IMG/VR virus record: IMGVR_UViG_3300021961_011210
Location: 1-64,000 of that record
From: a virus
DNA length: 64,000 nt
Reading direction: 5' to 3' (one strand)
Shown: positions 9,113-17,469 of the stretch, one piece after another
Layout: each line of letters starts with the position of its first letter
Numbering within the stretch: the first letter of the stretch is position 1
Position numbers and translations under genes: made by a program
The notes under the pieces: model-generated
The model's database searches: none
What the model was told of the DNA's origin: nothing
The model's input: only the letters and a program-made list of their open reading frames with translations

Positions 9113-9427
9113 ATGATAGAAGTCATAGAAATAGATGAACACTTTGTGAATCGTGATACAAATGTTATTGAAGTATCCTTTAGATGTTTAGAAGATGGGG
9201 ACGATGAAGTCCGAAGAGATGTGATTGAATATAGTTACTATGTAGATTACGGATATGAAGAAAAAAGTTTTTCAGACAATTTAGACTACGAACCTGATGA
9301 ATGGGACGATGATGAATTTGATCATTGGGATGATGAATATCTCGATGAAGAGAATCTAATTTCATTTCTTAACGAATACTATACAGTTCACCCTCAAAAA
9401 TTACCAAAGAAAGAATCAGATTTGTGA
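9113..9427 (+). CDS. acidic hypothetical protein
   Basis: ORF; TATTTAT motif upstream. Confidence 0.7.
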   Translation: MIEVIEIDEHFVNRDTNVIEVSFRCLEDGDDEVRRDVIEYSYYVDYGYEEKSFSDNLDYEPDEWDDDEFDHWDDEYLDEENLISFLNEYYTVHPQKLPKKESDL

Positions 9428-9439
9428 TATTTATCTTTT

Positions 9440-9898
9440 GTGGAGAACGTAAGAGATATCATTATTGGAATGCTTGGGAAAATTTTCCTAACCAAAAAAA
9501 CTATGCTTGGTTTGGACGAAAATAAAATAGTAATTGTTGTAAGTCCATCTCTAAAAATATATGTAATTTCAACATACCCAAAAAGGTTAGAACAAAAATT
9601 ACCATTTCATACTAATGAATTTTTGAATTTAGATAGTTTGAAAAAATGGGCAGACGATAATGGATATAAAGTAACCCACCAAGCCACTACACCCAAACTA
9701 TCTCGTAAATTATTGACGTACTTTGGTGAACCTGTAGTGGAAGGTGACATTAGTCGAAATCAAAGTGAAAAACAAATCGTTTTGGAGCAATTACAAAACT
9801 CACATTTACCTAAATCAATTCAGGAGTGGGCTCAACAAAATCCTGAAAAATTTATTGAGAATATAAAATTGATTCAGGAAATGTTGAAAAAAAATTAA
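9440..9898 (+). CDS. hypothetical protein
   Basis: GTG start 5 nt after TATTTAT (9428-9434). Confidence 0.65.
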   Translation: MENVRDIIIGMLGKIFLTKKTMLGLDENKIVIVVSPSLKIYVISTYPKRLEQKLPFHTNEFLNLDSLKKWADDNGYKVTHQATTPKLSRKLLTYFGEPVVEGDISRNQSEKQIVLEQLQNSHLPKSIQEWAQQNPEKFIENIKLIQEMLKKN

Positions 9899-10272
9899 TG
9901 ATTTTTAAAAAGATACTCGAAGAGACTGAATCGGGTAAAATGATTACGAGCAGAAATCTTACAAAATAAATTTAAATACGCTACGATAAAGTCATCAAAC
10001 CTTTCTGATTCCGATTTGCTATAATAGTTCAACAATGACTCTTTTACAGATTTTTCTGAATCTGTTTTGACAGGAATTTCGGTAAGTGTAAAAATTGTTT
10101 TATATTCATCTGAATCATGATAACCCAAAAGTTGATTTTCAGGGTAACATAGAGAATCAGAAGTGTAGTAAATGTTCAAATCATCAATTGATTCCATATC
10201 TTTTACTTTTACAAGTCTTTTGGACTCTTTAACAATTGCGTAATCACCGATTTTGAATTTACTATTCATCAT
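9895..10272 (-). CDS. hypothetical protein
   Basis: ORF with TATATTTG 4 nt upstream (10277-10284). Confidence 0.65.
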   Translation of the reverse strand: MMNSKFKIGDYAIVKESKRLVKVKDMESIDDLNIYYTSDSLCYPENQLLGYHDSDEYKTIFTLTEIPVKTDSEKSVKESLLNYYSKSESERFDDFIVAYLNLFCKISARNHFTRFSLFEYLFKNH

Positions 10273-10331
10273 AATACAAATATATATACAATTTTTGACT
10301 TACACAAACTATTTATTACAAAAACCTTGTA

Positions 10332-10646
10332 GTGAAGCCACTTAACGAAGAAATTTTACGTCTGAAAGAAATTATGGGTATCGAAGATGATCCTAATGGT
10401 TCTGCATACAAAGGACTCGAAGGATATGATGATAGTTGTGATTGTTATCCCGAAGATGAAGAGGTTATAGATGGAGAAATAGAAGAACAAGGTGAAGAGG
10501 GAGGTAGTTCTGAACCGTCAGCACCATCGTCACCTACTATGTCAAAATGGGAAACAGGTGTTGTTAGAGGAAAAGGGAATCCAATCGATCAGAATTCTAA
10601 GTGGGAGTCAGGAATAAATCGTGGTAAAGCCAATCCATTATGGTAA
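10332..10646 (+). CDS. hypothetical protein with duplicated KWE(T/S)G..RGK.NP motif
   Basis: leader LNEEILRLKEIMG; two C-terminal repeats. Confidence 0.7.
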   Translation: MKPLNEEILRLKEIMGIEDDPNGSAYKGLEGYDDSCDCYPEDEEVIDGEIEEQGEEGGSSEPSAPSSPTMSKWETGVVRGKGNPIDQNSKWESGINRGKANPLW

Positions 10647-11593
10647 CTGAAAATTTGAATATAGAATTGAACAAATCATTACGTCTAATAAATTACAGAC
10701 GTGATTTAATCTTGTCAGAGCAGGTTGTTGCTGATTACGATTTGGGTGGGAGAGAAATGATATCTAACCCTAACAGTGGTAGTACCGGCACTTCGTACCA
10801 AGTTACGTGGGGACCAACGGAATTTCACCACTGGACTGACAGCCAAAAACCAACTGGAGGACCAGACATTCATGATGTTTTAGATATTATAGCAATTGGG
10901 GCTTTATTTGTTCCAGGAGGATTTCTTGTATCAATAGCAGCTGAACTAGCTAACGTTGGGATTTATGCCTACGAAGGAGATACGTGGGAAGTGGGTTTTA
11001 GATTAATATTTTTAGGATTACCTTTAGCTGCTTTGGTAAAAAAAATACCTGCAGTCAAACAATTAGGTGAGAAAGGAACAAAACTTTTTGTAGACAAAGT
11101 TTTAAGGGGCTCAAAGAATTTTTCTGAAGCAGAATGGAAAGTTTTACAAGAATTTAAGAAATTACCTAAAAATGAAATTTCACATCTTACAAGACAAGCC
11201 GCAAGGTGGGGGTTAAGAAAATCATTTGTGAAATTATTCACAGAAACTTCAATTTACGGATTTGTCAGATTTATTCAACTTATGAGAAAGGCTTTTCCAA
11301 AAATATACCAAGGTACGACGGCAGTAGTTTTCTTGGGTGGGACATGGTGGACTTATGATCAATTGATGGCTAAATTTGGTATTTACCCTCGAGGTGTGAT
11401 GACTGAAAAACAGAAATCTACCGATGTAAGTCAAATGGAGCAAGATTTTGAGAAGTATAAACCTCAAATCATGACGGAAGAAGAGAATAAAATTCAGAAA
11501 GTCATGGAACAGGCAAATTCCGAGTCTGCACAACAACAAGCGGCAGATGCTTTAGAACAGTTAAAAAATAAAAGAAAAATAACAACTAATTAA
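10640..11593 (+). CDS. putative internal virion/ejection protein with pre-toxin-like hydrophobic hairpin
   Basis: HDVLD...VPGG...ANVGIYAYEGD...LP motif; leader ending ILSEQ. Confidence 0.5.
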   Translation: MVTENLNIELNKSLRLINYRRDLILSEQVVADYDLGGREMISNPNSGSTGTSYQVTWGPTEFHHWTDSQKPTGGPDIHDVLDIIAIGALFVPGGFLVSIAAELANVGIYAYEGDTWEVGFRLIFLGLPLAALVKKIPAVKQLGEKGTKLFVDKVLRGSKNFSEAEWKVLQEFKKLPKNEISHLTRQAARWGLRKSFVKLFTETSIYGFVRFIQLMRKAFPKIYQGTTAVVFLGGTWWTYDQLMAKFGIYPRGVMTEKQKSTDVSQMEQDFEKYKPQIMTEEENKIQKVMEQANSESAQQQAADALEQLKNKRKITTN

Positions 11594-11607
11594 AATATTT
11601 ATTTGTT

Positions 11608-14496
11608 ATGAGAAATTTACAAGAAGAAAGGTTAAGAATCCAATCTTTAATAAACACAACTAACGGTAACTTAATTTCCGAAGGGGGTGGTTTAAGAGGT
11701 GCGGGATGGCAACTACTTAAAAAAGCGACGCAAGAATTGGGTGGTTTTACAGATGACCTTTTAAGAGCAACAGGACTTTCAAAAGAAAGTGAGCTCGTAC
11801 AAAATATTGAAAGAAGTGCTATCAGGAATAGTGAAGGTAAGATTATAGGTGGTGGTGCTGACGATGCGTGGAGACGACTAGCTTCGGGTATGAATTATGA
11901 AGAATTTATGAGATATTCGATGCGTAACAACCTACTTGGAAATGTTTCTGACGCACAGAGACTTCTCATTGATGATTTACTTGAAAAACAAAGACTCGCA
12001 GGTGGTTCTTTATCTGACGATGTTATTGAACAAGCAGAAGCCGATTATATAGAATTTTTGAATCAACAGGATATATTCCGTAACAACGACGAGTTACACC
12101 AACTCGCACAAAAAACGTTTAGAGAAGAAGCTGACAATGTACTTGTTAGATCGGGAGGCACCCTACCTGAGGTGGCGGCTTCTTCAAGAACAAGAAAAGA
12201 AATTTTAGATGACATTTTTAGAAAACCTATCTCAGAGGTAGCATCATTAACAAGAAGACAAATTAGGTTATTACAAAGAAAGGGATTTGTCAAAGATTTT
12301 ATTGAAAAGAACCTCAAGGTTTATTTCATGGACACCGCGGAAATACTTGAAAATTTACAATCACTTATCAAAACTTTACAGGATGATGCTTTGAAAGCCG
12401 GATCAGAGCGAATGATTAAAAGCGAAAGAGACGACATTTATAAAGCGATAGATAATCAATTGGAGTTGCTGGCTAGAAAAAAGAAAGGTTTAGATATCGA
12501 TCTTGAGGATTGGTTAAATAGGAATCTTGATACAAAAAATAAAGCAGAAAAGGCAATTTTGGATGAGTTTAATAAGTCTAAAGATGCTATTAAATTTTCG
12601 GGAAATATAATTCAAAACACGGGGACTGGAATAAGACAAGCTTGGAATTCGTATTCGTCTATTACAAAAAGAACTTTTAATAATTTAAAGGGTTTAACCA
12701 CCAGAGGTTCCCAAGTAAAGTCTGCGGGTGAAATTGTTTTGGGTGGGAATGAAAAAGACAGAGAATGGATTAGAAAAGTCACAAACCTCTTTTACGGTTC
12801 AAGAAGGACACCTGCGGAATTAAGGCAAGTAGCAAAAGAACTCGGAGTAGCTCCTGCAATAATATCTTACGGGACAGAGGCGGTATTACTCAGAGGTATT
12901 GAAATTGCAGTTCTAGTTGGTACTGGAAGGTTTATTAAAAACCTGATAGGAAGTGCAATGACAAATCCGTCAAGTTTTTGGCAGGGATGGGTTGAAGCCG
13001 ATGAAGATGCGTCCGATTTTGAACTGGTAGTGAATGCTATAATGAATTGGGCTAGTCCGGTTGTGGACACGTTCAAACTGACAGGATATCCGGGTATCGG
13101 TGACGACCTATTTAATTTTATGGCTTGGTTAGGTTCACTTAAAAGTGGGTGGGGTGCTACTGCCGAAGAAAAGGTTAATAAAACAATTGAGGATGGTGAG
13201 GAAGAAATGCGAAGACTAGAGAGTCAGTACGGTACTTCTTCTGGATCGACAGAAACAAATATATCATCTTTGTCTGAAACTGATTTGAAAACGAAAATTG
13301 ACACACAATTCAAAGATTATAGTCAAGAATTCTACCAAGATTTTCGTCCAACTATTGAAGAAATTAAAGATTCAATTACCAAACAGACCGACGGTAATTT
13401 TACATTCAAATATGATGGTGTTGTTTATGATATTTCGATCGATAACGACTTGATAAAATACAACGTACCAGAGTTACAAGGACAAAAGAAAAATATTGTA
13501 TACTTTTTAGCGGGTGATGTTGAAGGAATTAAAGAATCCAAAAAAGTGAAAGGTTTAGCAAAGATTTTATTTTACGAACAAGAACAAATTACAAATAACG
13601 AACAACCTTCAGCGGGTGATATTATCAAAAAGTATCAAGACACTTTTACCTTTAAAGATGTCGATGGTAATGAATTGAAAGTTAATATTGCAGATGCGGA
13701 GTTACTATCTCTATGGGATAACGTAAAAAAAATGACGGATAAAAATGGTGAGTTTTTCCAAGATGATGATGCGTTTGTAAGAGCAGTTATTATGTATCTT
13801 ATAGACAATGGAAAACCCGTTTATTCTGTAACGTACCGTCCGACAAGTGATATTAACATTGCATTGGACGAAAACAAAAAAGTTGTTGGACTTGCAATAC
13901 TTTTGGAACAAACCTACGAAGTTACAATCTATGTCGACAGAATGCCAGGTTCGGGTAATTTCAGTTTAAAAGCAACTCCAGGAAGAAAACCTGAAGAAAG
14001 TATCCAATTGGGAACTGTAGATGTTGTAGATAAAGCACCTGAAAAACCAACAAAAGTAAAACCCAAAAAACCTGAAGAAGATTTAAAGGTTGATTTGAAA
14101 GCAAAACAACTTGAAAAAAGAGCGCAGGCAATCGAAAAAAGCCAAGGGAATCTATCGGATAAACTTGAACAGTTAATTGTTTTAGCAACAACTCCTGATA
14201 AATATGGTTACCCAAATTTGGGACCGTGTAAAAGTATTTTCAGATTTTATTACAAATTGGCAATTAAAAAAACAAAGTCAGATTTAATTTCCGATAATTT
14301 ATTAGATAGTGCAGTAGATGCAATGTCTGAGTGTCAGGATAGATACAAAAATATTACACCAAAAATTGTTGAGTATCTCTCAAATACAATACCCGATGGT
14401 TCTGAATATAATCAGTTTAGATATAAAATTGATTTTGCCAGAAACAACCGACCTATCAAAACTTGGAGGGGTGGTATGATGAACAAACCACAATAA
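11608..14496 (+). CDS. large (962 aa) putative internal virion protein
   Basis: leader MRNLQEERLRIQSLIN...LISE; two internal E.KKV.GLA.(I/L)L..EQ motifs. Confidence 0.6.
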   Translation: MRNLQEERLRIQSLINTTNGNLISEGGGLRGAGWQLLKKATQELGGFTDDLLRATGLSKESELVQNIERSAIRNSEGKIIGGGADDAWRRLASGMNYEEFMRYSMRNNLLGNVSDAQRLLIDDLLEKQRLAGGSLSDDVIEQAEADYIEFLNQQDIFRNNDELHQLAQKTFREEADNVLVRSGGTLPEVAASSRTRKEILDDIFRKPISEVASLTRRQIRLLQRKGFVKDFIEKNLKVYFMDTAEILENLQSLIKTLQDDALKAGSERMIKSERDDIYKAIDNQLELLARKKKGLDIDLEDWLNRNLDTKNKAEKAILDEFNKSKDAIKFSGNIIQNTGTGIRQAWNSYSSITKRTFNNLKGLTTRGSQVKSAGEIVLGGNEKDREWIRKVTNLFYGSRRTPAELRQVAKELGVAPAIISYGTEAVLLRGIEIAVLVGTGRFIKNLIGSAMTNPSSFWQGWVEADEDASDFELVVNAIMNWASPVVDTFKLTGYPGIGDDLFNFMAWLGSLKSGWGATAEEKVNKTIEDGEEEMRRLESQYGTSSGSTETNISSLSETDLKTKIDTQFKDYSQEFYQDFRPTIEEIKDSITKQTDGNFTFKYDGVVYDISIDNDLIKYNVPELQGQKKNIVYFLAGDVEGIKESKKVKGLAKILFYEQEQITNNEQPSAGDIIKKYQDTFTFKDVDGNELKVNIADAELLSLWDNVKKMTDKNGEFFQDDDAFVRAVIMYLIDNGKPVYSVTYRPTSDINIALDENKKVVGLAILLEQTYEVTIYVDRMPGSGNFSLKATPGRKPEESIQLGTVDVVDKAPEKPTKVKPKKPEEDLKVDLKAKQLEKRAQAIEKSQGNLSDKLEQLIVLATTPDKYGYPNLGPCKSIFRFYYKLAIKKTKSDLISDNLLDSAVDAMSECQDRYKNITPKIVEYLSNTIPDGSEYNQFRYKIDFARNNRPIKTWRGGMMNKPQ

Positions 14497-14526
14497 AAAA
14501 AGGGGACGTTAGTCCCCTTTTTCTTT
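14495..14526. terminator. bidirectional intrinsic terminator
   Basis: A7-GGGGAC-GTTA-GTCCCC-T5 between convergent CDS and tRNA. Confidence 0.8.
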
Positions 14527-14578
14527 GTACCTCGGGCCGGACTCGAACCGGCACGGACATCACTGTCCAAGGGATTTT

Positions 14579-15246
14579 CTTACCACTATAGTTTTCACTA
14601 CCATATAATGTTTGTAGTCTGGACTTTACCTCAACCATAGTTTTGCAACCTTAGGCCACTCCCGTCAAGTCTCTACACCTTCCCTTTCGGGCTTGGCTCG
14701 GGGTTACCATTTAAAAGGATTCTCCGAATTTGAGAGTGTGTGCACAATATCATTTCTGATATTTAGCTCCGATATTTTTTCCTCTGTATGTGTGAGTTTG
14801 TGAATGACAATTAGGACATATAATCCTCAAGTTTTCTATCTTGTGATTAGTCTTATTACCATCGATATGATCTAGTTCTAATGACAATTCTTGTCCCAAC
14901 CAACTATCAATACCACAAACTTCACAGTTTTTATTTTTTACACCTTCACTTATCAAACGTTTTCTCAATTTGTTCGTTTGGTAAGTCGGATGTTTACCTA
15001 ATAAAATTTCATCCAAAGAGATTTTAGTTCCGTTCCCTTTTTTTTTCATACCTTTACCTGATTGGTTGGGTGCAAAAACTTCAAGAGTTTGTGAGTAACG
15101 TTTCAGTGTTTTGTAATTTATCCCTAAAATTCTTGCTGCGTCTGCCATAGAATTTGAATTTTTACAAACTTCACGTATTCTATTTATGTCTATTTTCATA
15201 TCCATAAATACCACACAAGTCAGAAAAAAATCATTTGTGTTTACCA
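14579..15246 (-). mobile_element. group I (IC3-type) self-splicing intron, 668 nt, with homing endonuclease ORF in L1
   Basis: exon ends in U, intron ends in G; core elements AATTCGGAGAA (P), AACCCCGAGC (Q), GTGTAGAGACTTGACGG (R), GGTAAAGTCC (S) resemble the cyanobacterial trnL intron; P1 = CUU^UGGUA/UAUCGGAG. Confidence 0.9.
14750..15205 (-). CDS. intron-encoded HNH homing endonuclease (N-terminal HTH)
   Basis: CEVCG...LELDHIDGNKTNH..ENLRIICPNCHSQT; real start ATG 15205 or 15199, not TTG 15247. Confidence 0.88.
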   Translation of the reverse strand: MDMKIDINRIREVCKNSNSMADAARILGINYKTLKRYSQTLEVFAPNQSGKGMKKKGNGTKISLDEILLGKHPTYQTNKLRKRLISEGVKNKNCEVCGIDSWLGQELSLELDHIDGNKTNHKIENLRIICPNCHSQTHTYRGKNIGAKYQK

Positions 15247-15284
15247 AAGTCCCTCGTGGCTACCTTTACACCACCGAGGCAAAA

Positions 15285-15295
15285 TTTCAAAGAAC
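15285..15295 (-). promoter_or_regulatory. boxA-like GTTCTTTGAAA element upstream of tRNA
   Basis: identical 11-mer also precedes tmRNA (17314-17324). Confidence 0.55.
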
Positions 15296-15312
15296 AGATT
15301 ATGTATCTTACT

Positions 15313-15320
15313 CAAAGATA
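15313..15320 (-). promoter_or_regulatory. TAnnTTTG promoter for tRNA-Leu
   Basis: TATCTTTG 32 nt upstream of tRNA 5' end. Confidence 0.6.
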
Positions 15321-15325
15321 CGAAA

Positions 15326-15826
15326 TTAATTTGTATAAAAAAACTCTTCAGAAAATTCTTTCCAAATTTTATCTACATGTTCGGATATAACGACAGAAAA
15401 AATATTTGGTTGGTAAGGTTTCAATAATAATTTCATGCCCGCTTCTTCGGGTGTCCTATTATCTTTAATTCCATTACACCTTTTACATGATGTTATCATA
15501 TTCTCCCAAGTATTTTTACCACCTCTCGATTTAGGAATAACGTGGTCTATACTTAGATTTTTTGTGGATAGACAATACCCACATTGATGTCCATCACGAG
15601 CAAAAACTCTTTTTCGATTTACTCGTAAATTTTTCGGACGAAACCGCACGAAGTTGATTAATCGGATTATTAATGGACGAACAAAATTACCAACATTTGT
15701 GACAATATCATTTTCACCCTTTTTAATGACTTCCGCCTTTCCTTTGTTTACTAAAATAAATCCACGTATAAGAGGTACGACGTTAAGTGGTGAGTAATCA
15801 GAATTTAATACTAAAACAGTATCCAT
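15326..15826 (-). CDS. HNH endonuclease (McrA-like, LVLN..Y.PL family)
   Basis: VLVLNSDYSPL; RD...CGYC..LSIDHVIPKSRGG...WEN...C..CN..K. Confidence 0.9.
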   Translation of the reverse strand: MDTVLVLNSDYSPLNVVPLIRGFILVNKGKAEVIKKGENDIVTNVGNFVRPLIIRLINFVRFRPKNLRVNRKRVFARDGHQCGYCLSTKNLSIDHVIPKSRGGKNTWENMITSCKRCNGIKDNRTPEEAGMKLLLKPYQPNIFSVVISEHVDKIWKEFSEEFFYTN

Positions 15827-15874
15827 AAAATTTCATTATTTATAAAAATTAAAAAAAAATATCGTATCGTCAAA

Positions 15875-16348
15875 TTATAAATACACCCTTTGTTTTTCTC
15901 CAACTAACTGTGCATACCATTTTTTTTGTTCATCCAACCAAATATAGGGATTTTCAGGATTTTCATTCCATCCGAATTGTGAGTAAAATTCTGGTTCTTT
16001 TCTGAGCAAGTTAGCTCGGTGTGAAGAGTGAAAAAGTTCATTACCAATCCAACTAGGGAGTTCAAAGTTTTCGGGCACATACTCGTATTTCATAGTATTT
16101 TTGAAACCACGAGAAACCCAAACATCAATAGAAGTATTGTAGTAATGTTTGAGAGCATCTACATATTCTCTCCACATCACAGAACATGGGTGATTAACCC
16201 ATCCCTTGTATGGTTTTCCATCAAGTCGTTTGCGTCCCGTAATAGCGGAGATAATTTGATAAGATTCTACGCGTTGTTTACCCAATCTTTTGTTATCGAG
16301 AGATTCTAAAGATTTTTGAATGTCAGGGTAGGGTAAAAAGGTTTGCAT
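15875..16348 (-). CDS. pyrimidine-dimer DNA glycosylase-like protein (MSMEG_6728/DenV-related)
   Basis: MQTFLPY, LDNKRLGKQRVE, GWVNHP..MW, SHRANLLRK. Confidence 0.85.
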   Translation of the reverse strand: MQTFLPYPDIQKSLESLDNKRLGKQRVESYQIISAITGRKRLDGKPYKGWVNHPCSVMWREYVDALKHYYNTSIDVWVSRGFKNTMKYEYVPENFELPSWIGNELFHSSHRANLLRKEPEFYSQFGWNENPENPYIWLDEQKKWYAQLVGEKQRVYL

Positions 16349-16349
16349 A

Positions 16350-16781
16350 TTAATTATTGAATTTCAACATTACCGAACTGTAACCGTCCCATTGAGTGAT
16401 TTGTTTTTTGGTAATCCAAAAATCAAACTCACCAACTTTGTCGATTGCTTGGGAAACTTTTTGTTTGTAATCTTGGACTTGAGATTTGTCTTTTGGTTGT
16501 TTGACACCAATGTATTTTGAACACACAGGTCCGATACCCGACATTTGTGAAATTTCATCACGGAGGGTATGTGAGCAACAACGGCATTTCGTGCCTGTTT
16601 TTTCTGTCATCTTAGCTTTGAGGTGTACACGATCACCATCGAGTTCAATTACTTCGGTAACGTCAAGGACAATGGGAAAAAAACGTGTCTGATACGTATT
16701 TTTGATTTTCAAACCAACTTTACGCGCAATTTTGATGGTTTCACCAACAACAGGAATTTCTAAGGTAACTTTTTTGCTCAT
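16350..16781 (-). CDS. Zn-finger protein (DUF6011-like)
   Basis: C..C...L.D..S...GIGPVC. Confidence 0.65.
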   Translation of the reverse strand: MSKKVTLEIPVVGETIKIARKVGLKIKNTYQTRFFPIVLDVTEVIELDGDRVHLKAKMTEKTGTKCRCCSHTLRDEISQMSGIGPVCSKYIGVKQPKDKSQVQDYKQKVSQAIDKVGEFDFWITKKQITQWDGYSSVMLKFNN

Positions 16782-16827
16782 CTTGTTTTTTTTCTTTTAC
16801 AAAGATACTAAAAATAAATTATATGGC

Positions 16828-16890
16828 AAAAAAAATCCCTCCCAAATATCACGAGTTTCTTTCATTGCCTATAATGTATTTGGAAGGGGG
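16828..16890 (-). terminator. terminator downstream of tmRNA
   Basis: CCCTTCCAAATA...TATTTGGGAGGG stem with large loop, then U8. Confidence 0.6.
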
Positions 16891-16906
16891 ACGTACCTTA
16901 AAACGA

Positions 16907-17309
16907 TGGTGGAGGTGGCGGGAATCGAACCCGCGTCTTGCTCAGTCTAACCACAAAGGACTACATGCTTAGGACAAGGTTTTTCATACCTTCCGAACTA
17001 TCTGAGTTCTTACACCGCTCAGTGACGGCGACAGTCAAGTTGTAATTCGGGGTGACTATACCCCGTTTTGTTTCTTTTATGGTAGAAACCACACCGTAAG
17101 GACTTCTGTTCATAGGTTTAATGTCCATCGACCCGATTCGCTGTTGCGTCTTACGCTACAGTTACTTCTTCAGTACGTAGAAGACCTACAGCCTGAAGTT
17201 TTGCGAAAGTTTCGCCATTTAAAAATTGCCTCCATAGATTTAAGTGATAGGAAACCTCTCACTGCATGCCCCGTATGACTAACCCTGCCAATCAATACCG
17301 GTCACCCCC
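16907..17309 (-). ncRNA. ssrA: tmRNA (transfer-messenger RNA), 403 nt
   Basis: acceptor GGGGGTG/CACCTCC-A-CCA with G3.U Ala identity pair; T-arm GCGGG TTCGATT CCCGC; internal tag frame. Confidence 0.95.
17151..17216 (-). other. tmRNA tag reading frame (A)GETFAKLQAVGLLRTEEVTVA*
   Basis: UUUAAAU-GGC resume context, 21 codons then TAA. Confidence 0.75.
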
Positions 17310-17330
17310 ATATTTTCAAAGAACTATTAA

Positions 17331-17411
17331 AAATCACTTTCACCCCCTGTATAGACATAACGTCAGATGCTTAAGGTCAGCCTTAACTATTAAGGGAGTC
17401 ACCCGTGATTT
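17331..17411 (-). ncRNA. candidate structured RNA upstream of tmRNA
   Basis: nested stems AAAUCAC/GUGAUUU and ACUCCCU/AGGGGGU, hairpin UUAAGG-CUGA-CCUUAA; starts just after TATCTTTG promoter (17418-17425). Confidence 0.5.
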
Positions 17412-17469
17412 CTTATACAAAGATAAATACTTTTTTTTAACTGACAAGGTATTTATAATAAAAAAATAC

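Larger units (their letters stand above)
14528..15280 (-). tRNA. trnL: tRNA-Leu(UAA), intron-containing; exon 1 15280-15247, exon 2 14578-14528
   Basis: spliced: GCCTCGG TG GTGTAAAGGTAGCCAC G AGGGA CTT^AAAA TCCCT (long variable arm) GCCGG TTCGAGT CCGGC CCGAGGT A; all stems pair. Confidence 0.93.

Noticed and set aside
14456-14638. 60-aa minus-strand ORF, and TTG start at 15247 for the HNH
   Set aside because: These translate tRNA exon and intron core sequence
16702-16950. 82-aa plus-strand ORF ending MVEVAGIEPAS
   Set aside because: Typical antisense translation of a tRNA-like 3' end (here the tmRNA)
16907-16950. Stand-alone tRNA-Ala
   Set aside because: No anticodon arm; the matching 5' acceptor strand is 400 nt away, as expected for tmRNA
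17266-17469. N-terminal extension of the 441-aa ORF
   Set aside because: Overlaps the tmRNA 5' end and upstream RNA on the other strand; GTG 17470 gives the shared leader and follows TATTTAT
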